A stretch of 64,000 nucleotides of DNA. It comes from Longimicrobiales bacterium (GTDB lineage: Bacteria > Gemmatimonadota > Gemmatimonadetes > Longimicrobiales > Gaopeijiaceae). A program made the translations under genes and the position numbers. Below the pieces are notes generated by a model. The model saw only the letters and a list, made by a program, of their open reading frames with translations. It had not been told where the DNA came from and made no database searches. The DNA lies in contig CBDCNQ010000004.1 of assembly GCA_965219445.1 (NCBI GenBank), forward strand, positions 480,001 through 544,000. Reading direction: 5' to 3'. Below are positions 1 to 9,848 of the stretch, in pieces (within the stretch, counting starts at the first letter, position 1; every line of letters starts with the position of its first letter).

Positions 1-538
1 GCACATAGACCCACGGGTGGAAAACCAACGCGATGTCGGAAAAGAACGGCACCATGGTGTGGTTCGGGGGCACGGGAGAGATCGGACGGAGGACCAGGAA
101 GAGCCCCAAGCCCAGTCCGAACGTCAACTGCCCCAACATCTTATAGCGGGCGATCAGGCCCGCCGTCCGCCCCTGAACGACTTTGAGGTAGTCGTCCATG
201 AAGCCGAGAGCCCCCATCATCACGAGGCTCAGAAGCGCCAGCACCGTATACCAGTTGGTCAACTCGGCCCATAGAAGCGTGGAAACGCTCGCCGACATGA
301 CGATCAGGGCCCCGCCCATCGTCGGTGTCCCGGCTTTGGGAAGATGTGTCTCCGGCCCCTCCTCACGAACGACTTCACCAATGTGGAACTGCCTGAGGAA
401 GCGGATGGTCATCGGCCCCAGTACGAAGGCGAGCACCAGCGACGTCACGAGCGCGCCGGCGGCCCGGAACGTGATGAAGCGGAAGAGGTTGAACACGATA
501 TGGACGTCGGCCAAGCCAGGGAGCAGGTGATACAGCAT
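1..538 (-). CDS. mraY: Phospho-N-acetylmuramoyl-pentapeptide transferase (runs off the window; 3' part missing)
   Basis: Translated by hand from ATG at 538: MLYHLLPGLADVHIVFNLFRFITFRAAGA...GPETHLPKAGTPTMGG. The KxGTPTMGG motif is typical of MraY. Start overlaps the murF stop. Confidence 0.95.
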   Translation of the reverse strand, partial: MLYHLLPGLADVHIVFNLFRFITFRAAGALVTSLVLAFVLGPMTIRFLRQFHIGEVVREEGPETHLPKAGTPTMGGALIVMSASVSTLLWAELTNWYTVLALLSLVMMGALGFMDDYLKVVQGRTAGLIARYKMLGQLTFGLGLGLFLVLRPISPVPPNHTMVPFFSDIALVFHPWVYV

Positions 539-1926
539 CAGGCCTCGACCCCCCCGGAGCCTTGCGTCGATCCACCGAAGTCGTCCTCGAACAGAGGAAT
601 CAGTCGTTCCAATGCCACGCCTCGCGACGCCTTCATCAGTAGGACTTCGTCACCAGCTAGCCTTCCGCGGAGCTTGTCATACGCTTCGAGCGGATCCGCT
701 ACGGAAAGGATCGTCGACCCGCCCACAGCGGCCCCGGCGAACTCGCCGGTGGCGACGAGCAGGTCCAACCCGAGTGCGGACGCTTCGCGCAGGAGCACCG
801 TGTGGAGGTCCTCGTTACGGGCTCCGAGCTCGAGCATGCTGCCGAGAACCGCCACTTTGGGCCGGCCAGGCTCGATATCGACGAGCAGGTCCAACGCAGC
901 GCGCAAACTCTGCGGGTTCGCGTTGTAGCAGTCGAGGATCAGCGTGAGTCCGCCGATCTGCCTGATCTCTCCGCGCATGGGACCGGCCTCGACGCGTCCG
1001 ACGCCGCGGGTGGCCTCGGCAGCGGGGACGTCCAGCAGTTCGGCTACGGTGAGCGCGAGAAGGGCGTTCTGGACCGAGTGGCGTCCCGGAACTCGCAGAT
1101 GCACCGGCTCCCCTCGCCAGATGAAGCTCCAGCATCCCTGCTCGTCCATCGAGGACTCGCCCGGGCGATACCCGGCGTCCGCACCCGCACCAAGGCCAAC
1201 GACCAGGACGTCATGGCGAATGTGGCCTGCCTGACCGGAGAGGGCAGCGGGCTCATCGCCCACGATCGCGGTACCGTCATCCGGGAGTCCCCGTAGGAGG
1301 TCGAGTTTCTCTTCGAGCACGCCCTCGAGGGACCCCAGCTTCTCGATGTGGGTCTCGGAGACGGTCGTCACGACGCCGATCTGCGGTTCGGCGATCCGTG
1401 TGAGAGCAGCGATCTCCCCCGGCTCGTTCGTCCCCATTTCGAGCACGACGACCTCGACATCATCGGGAGCGTCGAGCAGCGTCAAGGGCAGGCCGATACG
1501 GTTGTTGAGGTTTTCCGATGTGGCGTGGACCCGGCGCGATCCCTCGATGGCTGCCCGGGTCAGCTCCTTGGTTCCTGTCTTTCCGGAGGATCCAGTGATG
1601 CCCACCACGACGGCATCGAGGCTCCTCCGGCGATGTCCGGCGAGTTGCCCGAGCGCCAGCAGCGTGTCTTCCACGGAGTAGACGCGGGCGCCATCCGCCT
1701 CTACAGGTCGCGCCACCACCGCGCCCCGTGCTCCCCGGCCGAAGGCGTCGGACACATAGTTGTGTCCGTCGAAGTTGTCCCCGCTCAGGGCAACGAACAG
1801 GTTCCCCTCACGAATCGTACGACTGTCCGTCGAGATGCCTGTGAAGACGAGGCTGCAGTCGTCCTGAGGTGCGACGTCCAGGGCAGATCTCACCTGCTCG
1901 TCCGTCCATACGAAGGGAGGGTTCAT
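538..1926 (-). CDS. murF: UDP-MurNAc-tripeptide D-Ala-D-Ala ligase
   Basis: ITGSSGKT P-loop, NNRIGLPLT, DCYNANP, LGSMLELG, KASRG motifs; position in dcw cluster. Confidence 0.97.
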   Translation of the reverse strand: MNPPFVWTDEQVRSALDVAPQDDCSLVFTGISTDSRTIREGNLFVALSGDNFDGHNYVSDAFGRGARGAVVARPVEADGARVYSVEDTLLALGQLAGHRRRSLDAVVVGITGSSGKTGTKELTRAAIEGSRRVHATSENLNNRIGLPLTLLDAPDDVEVVVLEMGTNEPGEIAALTRIAEPQIGVVTTVSETHIEKLGSLEGVLEEKLDLLRGLPDDGTAIVGDEPAALSGQAGHIRHDVLVVGLGAGADAGYRPGESSMDEQGCWSFIWRGEPVHLRVPGRHSVQNALLALTVAELLDVPAAEATRGVGRVEAGPMRGEIRQIGGLTLILDCYNANPQSLRAALDLLVDIEPGRPKVAVLGSMLELGARNEDLHTVLLREASALGLDLLVATGEFAGAAVGGSTILSVADPLEAYDKLRGRLAGDEVLLMKASRGVALERLIPLFEDDFGGSTQGSGGVEA

Positions 1927-3407
1927 GCCATGTCCCCCATCCGGCCGAGGTGCTCCTCGACGATCAGTCTCTCGTCGAACGGCTCGCGCTCGGTGCCAAT
2001 GACCTGATATCGCTCGTGTCCCTTGCCGGCGAGCAGCACTAGGTCCTCGGAGCCGGCTTGCGCGAGCGCGTAGCCGATGGCTTCACGGCGGTCGGCCAAC
2101 CGCTCGAATGGGGAGCCGTTCATTCCCGGTACGATGTCATCGATGATGGCTTCCGGATCCTCCGTCCGGGGATTGTCGGACGTGATCACCACCAAATCCG
2201 CCACTCGAGCGACGGCCCGTGCCATGTCGGGCCTCTTTCCGCGGTCACGGTCACCGCCCGCGCCGAATACGACGATCAGGCGCCCCGACGTGAGCGGGCG
2301 CATCGTGGTGAGGACACGACGAAGTGCGTCGGGGGTGTGCGCGAAATCGATCACCACCACGAAAGGCTTTCGGGCGACCACCTCGAGTCGGCCCGGAATC
2401 TGCGGTGTGCTGGCGAGACGGTCGGCCACGGCCTCGAGGGACATGCCGGCCACCGCACCTACACTCGCCGCCGCCAAGCAATTTTCGACATTGAAAAGGC
2501 CGATGAGCGGAAGATCGACGTCGACCTCTCCCGCTTCGCCCCCCATGCGGAACTTGGTTCCGGACAGATCCGACTCGGTCCCGCCCGCACGAAGGTCAGC
2601 CGGTTCGTCGATGCCGTAGGTGACCGTGCGGATCCCTTGGATGGGCAGATCCTTCCAGTGCGCGTCGTCAGCGTTGACGACCACGCACCCCTCCTTCTTC
2701 ATGAGATTGAGAAGGTGGGCCTTGGCCCTGAAATACGCCGCCATATCAGCGTGATAATCCAGGTGGTCCTGGGACAAATTGGTGAAGACCACTGCATCGA
2801 AACGCATCCCGTCGAGACGCTTCTGCTCGAGTGCGTGGGAGGACGCCTCCACGGTCACTGAGCCAACGCCCCCGTCGGCCAGATCCGCCAACCAGGTGGA
2901 GACCGCCACGGGGCCCGGCGTCGTGAGGCCTTCGGTTCCTTCCCTCACCGAACCGTCGGGCTCGACGAGCCCAAGTGTGCCCAGCGCCGCCGACGCACCC
3001 TGGGAGCCGAGGAGGTGTTGCGCCAGAAGGGCCGTGGTCGTCTTGCCGTTCGTGCCGGTCACCCCGACGGTGTACAAGCTGGCCCACGGAGAGCCGAGGA
3101 CGGTGTCCGCGGCCAGGGCGGCGGCCAAACGGCCATCCGACACCTCTACCTGCGGAATCTCGGCCTCGGGAACATACCGCTCCACCACGGCTGCAGCCGC
3201 ACCCATCTCGGCGGCCTGAGCTACGAAGCCATGGGCGTCCCAAGCGGATCCGCTCCAAGCCAGAAAGAGGTTTCCGGGCTCGACCGTGCGCGAATCCTGT
3301 GTCACACCAGAAATTTCCACGTCAGTCGAACCGTGAATCTTTTCGGTCAGGCCGGCCGCCCCGAGCGCGGCGGTGACGACCTCAAGAGCGGACGACGACC
3401 TAGTCAT
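1923..3407 (-). CDS. murE: UDP-MurNAc-dipeptide meso-DAP ligase
   Basis: GVTGTNGKTT, TNLSQDHLDYH, DFAHTPD, GAGGDRD, AGKGHE motifs; DNPR motif implies meso-DAP specificity. Confidence 0.97.
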   Translation of the reverse strand: MTRSSSALEVVTAALGAAGLTEKIHGSTDVEISGVTQDSRTVEPGNLFLAWSGSAWDAHGFVAQAAEMGAAAAVVERYVPEAEIPQVEVSDGRLAAALAADTVLGSPWASLYTVGVTGTNGKTTTALLAQHLLGSQGASAALGTLGLVEPDGSVREGTEGLTTPGPVAVSTWLADLADGGVGSVTVEASSHALEQKRLDGMRFDAVVFTNLSQDHLDYHADMAAYFRAKAHLLNLMKKEGCVVVNADDAHWKDLPIQGIRTVTYGIDEPADLRAGGTESDLSGTKFRMGGEAGEVDVDLPLIGLFNVENCLAAASVGAVAGMSLEAVADRLASTPQIPGRLEVVARKPFVVVIDFAHTPDALRRVLTTMRPLTSGRLIVVFGAGGDRDRGKRPDMARAVARVADLVVITSDNPRTEDPEAIIDDIVPGMNGSPFERLADRREAIGYALAQAGSEDLVLLAGKGHERYQVIGTEREPFDERLIVEEHLGRMGDMA

Positions 3408-5451
3408 CGCTGCTCCGTCCCACCGACGCCACCCGCACGGTGTCGCCCGGCATCAAGATCGAGCCGGCCTCGGGCGCCATGTGTCGTGCCACGCCGGATC
3501 CATCCCACTCAACCCGCAGCCCCGCTTCGTGGATGCGGCGAGCCGCCGCCCGAGCGGAGAGTCCCAAAACGTTCGGAACCCTTACAGTAGCTCTCTCCTC
3601 GTGCAGCCCCGGTGCGCGCCATGTCGACACGCTCAACTCTCGCGTCGCGGTCGATCCTGGACTCGCAGCCAGCTGGAGTGCGGCGAATCGCGCTACGAGA
3701 GGCGCCTCACCACCGTCACCCTCTCCTGAGGAAGCGTCGGGCTGTGAAGGGGTGCCTAACTCCCCAGCCCTGGCAATCTCCGCGAGAGCCCGACGATCGA
3801 TGGGTGTCTGCTGAGCAGCCAGAACGGCTTCCATCGTGGCCCGAGTTACCGGGGCCGCCGCCGATCCCCCGTAGTACTCCCCTTGAGGTCGGTCCAACTT
3901 GACCATGACCACGAGCTGCGGGTCTTCCGCGGGGAAGAATCCGACGAACGAAGAGAAGTAATCCCCTGTCTGATAGGCCCCGTCCAACCAAGCGCGTGTC
4001 GTGCCGCTCTTGCCAGCCACCTTGAAGGTTGCGAGGCGGGCACGCGTTCCCGTTCCGACCTCGACTGCGTCGACGAGCACATCGGCCACATCGCGCGCCA
4101 CGCCCGTTGAGACGACCCTCCGCACCATGCGGGGTCGGAAGCGAGCGGTCACCTTGCCGTTCGAGTCCCGGAACTCCCGCACGAGCCGTGGCTCCATGAG
4201 CAGGCCTCCGTTGGCCAGGGCTCCGTAGGCCATGGCCATCTGGAGAGGGGTCACGGCAACTTCATATCCGATGGCGAGAGACGCCGAGGATTGCCCGCTC
4301 CAACGCTCTGGACGGCGCAGGGTGCCTCTTCCCTCCCCGGGCAGGCCGATACCCGTTGGCGCTCCGAGCCCGAAATCGCGGAGTGTCTGGTACTGGGCCG
4401 CGGGGCTCATGACCTGAGCGGCCTTCGCCACACCGACGTTCGAGGACACCTGCAGCGCCCGTGCTAGCGTCATGGGACCGTGGTCGATATTCACGTCCCG
4501 AATCGTCCGGCCCGCCACGGTCCACGAACCGGACTCCGTGTCGATCACGTCGTCGAGCGACGCCGACCCGGTCTGTAAGAGGCCCGCCACCGTGAGTGGC
4601 TTGAGCGTGGAGCCAGGCTCGTAGGGCGTGTTGATCGCCGACAGGCCGCTCGTGGACCCATCACGAAGCGAAACCATCGCCAGAATATCTCCGCTGCGCG
4701 GATCCGTGATGAGGAGGTCTCCACCCCGGGCCTCGGTCTCTCGAATCGCCTCCGTCAGCGCCTGCTGACCAATCTCCTGCAGGTCCACATCCAGTGTGAG
4801 AACGACCTGGCCGCCCTCCCGCGGTCCCTCCACGACGACGCTCTCCCCCGGGATCGGCTTGCCGGTGGGGTCTCGCGCCAGTACGGCCTGGCCAACGGCG
4901 CCCCGGAGGACCTTGTCGTACGCCTGTTCGACTCCCCCGGACGCCTCTCCGGACCGCACCACACCGAGAAGACCCCTGGCCAGGTCACCCTGGGGATAAA
5001 ATCGGCGGTGCTCACGCTCGAGGTACACGCCGGGAATGCCGTCGAGCGCTTCGCGAACAGAAGGCGGAAAGGTGTTCGGGAGGACCCGCCAAGACTTCGG
5101 TGATGTCGTAGCCCCACGTACGACGCGCTCATCCAGCCCCAGCGTCTCGACCAAGAGGTGCGTCACTGCATCGACGTCGCGGATCTCTTTGGGTGCGACG
5201 CTCACTCTGAAAGTCTCACGACTGGTGGCCAACTCGACCTCTGAGCGGTCGAGTACCGATCCCCGCACCGCGGCGATCTCCACGCTCGTGCGGTGCTGGC
5301 CTGCCGCCTGCTCCTTCCACAAGGGACCTTGGGCGACCTGGATCTGTCCGGCTCTGATGACGATCAGGCTTCCACTCAACAGCCAGCACGTGAGAAGCAC
5401 CCTGCGACGCACCCTCACCTTGGTCTCCATCGCACGCTTCCGGCGCCTCAC
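3400..5451 (-). CDS. ftsI: Class B penicillin-binding protein (FtsI) with C-terminal PASTA domain
   Basis: EPGSTLK (SxxK), SSN, KSGT motifs; PASTA-like VPNVLGLS tail; dcw position. Confidence 0.93.
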   Translation of the reverse strand: MRRRKRAMETKVRVRRRVLLTCWLLSGSLIVIRAGQIQVAQGPLWKEQAAGQHRTSVEIAAVRGSVLDRSEVELATSRETFRVSVAPKEIRDVDAVTHLLVETLGLDERVVRGATTSPKSWRVLPNTFPPSVREALDGIPGVYLEREHRRFYPQGDLARGLLGVVRSGEASGGVEQAYDKVLRGAVGQAVLARDPTGKPIPGESVVVEGPREGGQVVLTLDVDLQEIGQQALTEAIRETEARGGDLLITDPRSGDILAMVSLRDGSTSGLSAINTPYEPGSTLKPLTVAGLLQTGSASLDDVIDTESGSWTVAGRTIRDVNIDHGPMTLARALQVSSNVGVAKAAQVMSPAAQYQTLRDFGLGAPTGIGLPGEGRGTLRRPERWSGQSSASLAIGYEVAVTPLQMAMAYGALANGGLLMEPRLVREFRDSNGKVTARFRPRMVRRVVSTGVARDVADVLVDAVEVGTGTRARLATFKVAGKSGTTRAWLDGAYQTGDYFSSFVGFFPAEDPQLVVMVKLDRPQGEYYGGSAAAPVTRATMEAVLAAQQTPIDRRALAEIARAGELGTPSQPDASSGEGDGGEAPLVARFAALQLAASPGSTATRELSVSTWRAPGLHEERATVRVPNVLGLSARAAARRIHEAGLRVEWDGSGVARHMAPEAGSILMPGDTVRVASVGRSSDD

Positions 5452-5750
5452 CGGGCACCCCCCGACAGCAGCACCATCTCAGAGGCCTCCGGACGGTGCA
5501 TGCCGAGGTGTTCCTGAGCGACGGACGAGATTCGAGTCCGGCTGTCCAGGCCCTCTATCCGCCGAAGGAGCTCCGCCCGCTCCGATTCAGCGAGGGAAAG
5601 CGACCGCTCGACCTCGTCCAGCTCCGCCAGCGCTTCAAAGGCACGGCTCTGGCGCCACGTGACAAGACTCAAAGCCGAGAGAAGGCCTGAGAAGCCGAGA
5701 GCGAGTAGGCTCGGTGTGGCCCAAGAGCGTCCGGGACGGTGGCGCCTCAT
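5448..5750 (-). CDS. ftsL: Cell division protein FtsL
   Basis: Single TM segment plus coiled coil ending AQEHLGM; lies between rsmH and ftsI; ATG at 5750 overlaps rsmH stop. Confidence 0.85.
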   Translation of the reverse strand: MRRHRPGRSWATPSLLALGFSGLLSALSLVTWRQSRAFEALAELDEVERSLSLAESERAELLRRIEGLDSRTRISSVAQEHLGMHRPEASEMVLLSGGAR

Positions 5751-6724
5751 CCCTTCCTCCAAACCCGAAGCCGGGCGCTACGGGCTCGAGGGTTTCGGCG
5801 CAACTCGATCTCACTCGGACGTACCGCCTTTCGGGTCAGCGCGCTCCCCAGCGGCCTGCCCCGACACGTGCACACCGGCATCCCGGGGGGGCAGACACAG
5901 GAGCGGCTCCAATCTCGAAAGGCGTTCTTTACAAGCCGATCCTCGAGCGAGTGGTAGGAGATCACCGCGAGCCGAGCATTCGGCGCCATCGCGTCACTAA
6001 ATGCACTGAGGCCACGTTCCAAGCATATGAGTTCGTCGTTTACAGCAATTCTCAGTGACTGGAAGATCCGTGCCTTTTCCTTGGCGCTCGGGACCCTGCC
6101 GAGCGTCCGGTAGAGGACACCGACCAAGTCGTCACTCGTCCGGAACAGTGTGGTGGCCCTACGGCCGGCGACGGCCCGTGCGAGCGCCCGGGAACGGGGC
6201 TCCTCCCCATACTCGTGGAAGATCCGTGCTAAAGCCTCTTCCGACTCGTAGTTCAGGATGTGGGCCGCGCTTGGTTCGTCCGCTTGCGTAGCGTCCATGC
6301 GCATGTCCAATTCGACACCGGCCCTGAAAGCGAAACCTCGCCGATCCGAGTCGAGTTGATGTGAGCTCACCCCCAGATCGAGGAGGACTCCCGCTAGGGG
6401 CTCCGAGAGGTCGGCGGCACGAAGCGCTTCGTCGAATCGGGCCTGGATGAATCCGACTCGATTTCCGAACGGGGCCAAGGTGGCCTTCGCCGCCTCCAGA
6501 GCCTCCGGGTCGCGGTCGACCGCGATGACCCTGCAGCTCGCGCATTCCGTCAGTAGTATGGCGGAGTGGCCTCCGCCTCCCACCGTACCGTCCAGATAAA
6601 CTCGGTCGCCGGAGGGAGCGATCGAGTCTATCACCTCTCTCACGAGCACGGGGTCGTGAAAACCCGCCGGCGACTCCGTCCACTCGCTCACAGGAGCCTC
6701 AGCCACTCGGAGAGGTAAAGACAT
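5747..6724 (-). CDS. rsmH: 16S rRNA m4C1402 methyltransferase
   Basis: HDPVL, DGTVGGGGHS, DLGVSSHQLD, ISYHSLEDR, NPRARSARLR motifs. Confidence 0.97.
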   Translation of the reverse strand: MSLPLRVAEAPVSEWTESPAGFHDPVLVREVIDSIAPSGDRVYLDGTVGGGGHSAILLTECASCRVIAVDRDPEALEAAKATLAPFGNRVGFIQARFDEALRAADLSEPLAGVLLDLGVSSHQLDSDRRGFAFRAGVELDMRMDATQADEPSAAHILNYESEEALARIFHEYGEEPRSRALARAVAGRRATTLFRTSDDLVGVLYRTLGRVPSAKEKARIFQSLRIAVNDELICLERGLSAFSDAMAPNARLAVISYHSLEDRLVKNAFRDWSRSCVCPPGMPVCTCRGRPLGSALTRKAVRPSEIELRRNPRARSARLRVWRKG

Positions 6725-6727
6725 GGG

Positions 6728-7159
6728 TCACCCGAAGATTTGGTTGGAGAATTTCTCGAACTCGCCAGAACTGGTGCGCGCCACCCTCTCGAACTCATCG
6801 GGATGCCACAACTCGATTCGATCGATGTTCCCGACGAGTAGGACCCTTCCATCGAGTCCGGCCGCCTCCTGCAGCCAGGCGGGGATTAGAATCCGACCCT
6901 GCTTATCGGGCGAGACCTCGACCGCGCTCGACGTAATGGCCAGTATGTCCCCCCAGGCCTCGGGTTGATTTCTCCGGAACGTCAAGAGGCGCTCCTGCGC
7001 GGCAGCCCAGGATTCCACCGGAAAGAGCGTGAGGGCCGGCGCTCTCCACTGCAGTAAGACGAAGCGGTCACCGTCGGCCTCTCGACGAAACGCCGAGGGC
7101 AGACTGACCCGCCCCTTCTCATCCATCTGGAATTCATACCTGCCCAGAAAACTTGTCAC
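6728..7159 (-). CDS. mraZ: Transcriptional regulator MraZ
   Basis: Two DxxGR repeats (MDEKGRV, PDKQGRI); first gene of dcw cluster. Confidence 0.96.
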   Translation of the reverse strand: MTSFLGRYEFQMDEKGRVSLPSAFRREADGDRFVLLQWRAPALTLFPVESWAAAQERLLTFRRNQPEAWGDILAITSSAVEVSPDKQGRILIPAWLQEAAGLDGRVLLVGNIDRIELWHPDEFERVARTSSGEFEKFSNQIFG

Positions 7160-7162
7160 GTC

Positions 7163-7196
7163 GTGGCATTCTGTGGGTTAAAGTGGTGCAAAGTAG
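7163..7196. promoter_or_regulatory. MraZ operator: four GTGG/GTAG boxes at 10-bp period
   Basis: GTGG at 7163, 7173, 7183 and GTAG at 7193, between the predicted promoter and the mraZ start. Confidence 0.8.
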
Positions 7197-7209
7197 TACG
7201 ACAGGGACC

Positions 7210-7239
7210 AAGATACGCCTTTACTTCAAGAGACGTCAA
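7210..7239 (-). promoter_or_regulatory. Sigma70-type promoter of mraZ/dcw
   Basis: Minus strand reads TTGACG-18 nt-TATCTT. Confidence 0.6.
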
Positions 7240-7452
7240 GCTTTTCGACACCGATAGTTTTCGGGTTTTGTTTGGGTGTCCGAAGAAAGCCAGAATCGTA
7301 CAACTCACTGCACGTAATGGAGTTACGGGGTACTGACTCCACGATCGGACACGACGGATTCGGAAAAAATTGCAGTGAATGACGACCCGTAGGCCTTACC
7401 CACTCTCCTCCACTGGCACGGATCCGGAAGGCAGGCGTTGGCTGTCTACCCC

Positions 7453-7494
7453 AAAAAAAAAGGCGCCGCGGGAGAAAATCCCCCGCGGCGCCTT
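7453..7494 (-). terminator. Rho-independent terminator after TPR gene
   Basis: AAGGCGCCGCGGG/CCCGCGGCGCCTT stem followed by a long T run on the minus strand. Confidence 0.9.
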
Positions 7495-7514
7495 CGGTGC
7501 TCGTCAGGTAGGAA

Positions 7515-9269
7515 CTACCGACGGTTGGCGCGTGCGATGATCGCGTCTTGGATCTCGATATACGTGCCGGTCGCGTCTATGAACTGCTGGAGATTGATGG
7601 AGGCGGTCCGGTCTGCATAACCCTTGCCCCGTTGGAAGAGTGCGAGGGCCTGGTTGAACATCGGCAGCGTCCGATTGGCGGCTTCGACCGTCTCAGGCGC
7701 TTGCAGCACGATTCCATGCGAATAGAGACTGAACCCATGCCAGAAATCGTATGTCTCCCGCGCTTGCGCACTGACATCGAAACCCTTCGCCAATTGAATC
7801 AACTCGATGAAGCGCGGGTAATTCTTCGTGGTCGGCTGAACATGCGCCGCGTAAGCCTGTTGAAAGATCATGTTCCCGGCTTGGTCTGGCGAAGACCCGC
7901 TCGCAACCGCCTTCTGCAGTACCGGCACCGCCTCCTCGACCATCGCTGCCTCGATCAACCAGCTACCCATACGAAGGTGCAGGTTGGGCCAGCTAGGATC
8001 GATCTCCTCGATGGACGCGAGGGCCGCAACCGCTTCGGTGATCTGACCGGACTCCATCAGCGCCTCAGCATGAATGGCCCGCAGACTGGGCTCCGCCGGG
8101 TGCGACTCGATGGCACGCTGAGCGAACGTGATCGCTTCGTCCACGTTGTCCAGTTGGAGCTGTGCCGCGGATACATTACGGAGTTGGGAAACCAACGTCT
8201 CTGCGCCCTTCTCGACAAAAACCCTCTCGTACGCCGCAATCGCCTTACCGTAGAGCTCGCGGACCTCAGGCGTCATGCCGTCGCCGCCGTTGTCCTCCGC
8301 CTCTCTCCTTACCTGCTCGGCTCCGGCGAACGCGAAGTTCCCCAACTGCTCATAGAAATCGATGTTCTCCGGATCGACGGCAACTCCGGCCTCGATGATC
8401 TGCATCCCTCCCAGCGGATCGCCTTCTTGGGCCAGATCGTAGGCGACGGTCATCCGCACGGAGGCGTTCGAAGGGTCGAGGTCGAGGTACCGGTTATAGA
8501 AACCGCGGGCCAGATCCTCGTTGCCGAGGTTGATGGCCAAGAAACCACCAAGCAACAGCGCGTTCTCGTGGAACGCATCACGTTCGAGGAGCCGCTGGGT
8601 CTCCGCCAGGGACTCTTCAAAACGGTCCATCTGCCGGAGTACGCTAGCTCGAGTATACCGGCTCGTATTCGCGTTCGGGTTCAGCTCGATCGCACGGTCG
8701 CAGTTCTCGAGCGAGTTTTCCCATTGCTGGCTCGCAGCATAATCACCGCAAAAGATCGCTACTCTCGTCTGCTCGACGAAGAGCTCGAAGCTCTCGACGA
8801 TCTGCGCGGCCGCTTGCTCCTCCATATCCCGGGCGGACATGATCGGATTGACCTCAAACGTTTCTCCCGTCCCAGTATCGACAAAACGGATGCCTTGGAT
8901 CTCCCACGCCTCCTCGGTCCCTGTGTACTGAGCGCAGAGTACGACCTGATAGTTGTTCTGCTGGGCAAGCTGACGAGAGAGGATGCAATTCAGGTCCTCC
9001 CAGTCCAAGTCGAACTGATCGAGCGCGTCTTCGATATCGTCCTCGTCCACGGCACTATGGGTAAGCATCTCGTCGATTTGGTCCCGTAGCGCCTCCGCCA
9101 GATCCTCGCCGAAGTCGTCATTCTCGTCGTTCATGGGTTGGAATCGCGGTATGAGCACTTGGAAGCGGCTGCTTACAGTCTCTTGGGCTTGGAGCTCCAT
9201 GCTGCCCGAAACAGCCAGCGCGAACAGCATGGCTCCGCAAACACCTACGGGGCGGTGTCCAATCATCAT
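7515..9269 (-). CDS. Exported tetratricopeptide-repeat protein
   Basis: Signal-peptide-like N-terminus; repeated TPR-like helices (AIELNPN, YLDLDPSN, VAVDPEN). Confidence 0.8.
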   Translation of the reverse strand: MMIGHRPVGVCGAMLFALAVSGSMELQAQETVSSRFQVLIPRFQPMNDENDDFGEDLAEALRDQIDEMLTHSAVDEDDIEDALDQFDLDWEDLNCILSRQLAQQNNYQVVLCAQYTGTEEAWEIQGIRFVDTGTGETFEVNPIMSARDMEEQAAAQIVESFELFVEQTRVAIFCGDYAASQQWENSLENCDRAIELNPNANTSRYTRASVLRQMDRFEESLAETQRLLERDAFHENALLLGGFLAINLGNEDLARGFYNRYLDLDPSNASVRMTVAYDLAQEGDPLGGMQIIEAGVAVDPENIDFYEQLGNFAFAGAEQVRREAEDNGGDGMTPEVRELYGKAIAAYERVFVEKGAETLVSQLRNVSAAQLQLDNVDEAITFAQRAIESHPAEPSLRAIHAEALMESGQITEAVAALASIEEIDPSWPNLHLRMGSWLIEAAMVEEAVPVLQKAVASGSSPDQAGNMIFQQAYAAHVQPTTKNYPRFIELIQLAKGFDVSAQARETYDFWHGFSLYSHGIVLQAPETVEAANRTLPMFNQALALFQRGKGYADRTASINLQQFIDATGTYIEIQDAIIARANRR

Positions 9270-9848
9270 CCCTACTCCTGGATGGGTTCCTGAAATGTCT
9301 TATCCCAAAGGCCTTCTTTCGGGTACCGTTAATCCGGCGGACCAGCGTGTCGCGCCCGATTCGTCAGCCGAGCAAAATCACTCATGGAAAGCCGCGGGTC
9401 AACCGCAGCGTTCAAAACGACTTACAGAATTGGCAAAGGTCATACCCTACTACGAGTTTTTTTGTTACACAAGTGGAATGACGCGACGGCGTCCAGAGGG
9501 TGGCGCCCGCAGGCCCTGTGCTACCGGACCGGGGTGACTGATCGGCGACTGCAGTGCCGGAGCCGGCCCCACATGGTCGTGTGGGTCAAGCACCGGCCCC
9601 AGCAATGGGGATTATGGACTGCCCGCGAGACGGGCGAGGGATGTCCCCGAAAAAGTTTTGATCGCGGTACTGCGAGGTTTGACGACCGGACTCGCTCGAA
9701 GGTTGCAATGCGAGCACGCCTTGCGCGTGCGTGCCCGACCCCATCCATTCGGCACTCGCCGCCAAGAAGCCGCCGGCCGGAGTCCTGGAATGTCACTCGC
9801 CACGCTCGCCGTCGCACAGGCGCTCCTTACTTAGGACGAGTAAGCCAT

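Noticed and set aside
7200..7450. RNase P or SRP RNA upstream of mraZ
   Set aside because: No GAGGAAAGTCC or complete SRP GGAAGGAAGCAGC core on either strand
7548..9089. Long plus-strand ORFs antisense to real genes (also 29952..31067, 33336..34838, 52884..54197, 54055..55191)
   Set aside because: Shadow ORFs expected in GC-rich DNA; the opposite strand carries clear conserved proteins
9384..9848. 155-aa N-terminal extension of the GDPD ORF
   Set aside because: Arg-rich, non-globular sequence; the family motif IIGHRG starts right after TTG 9849
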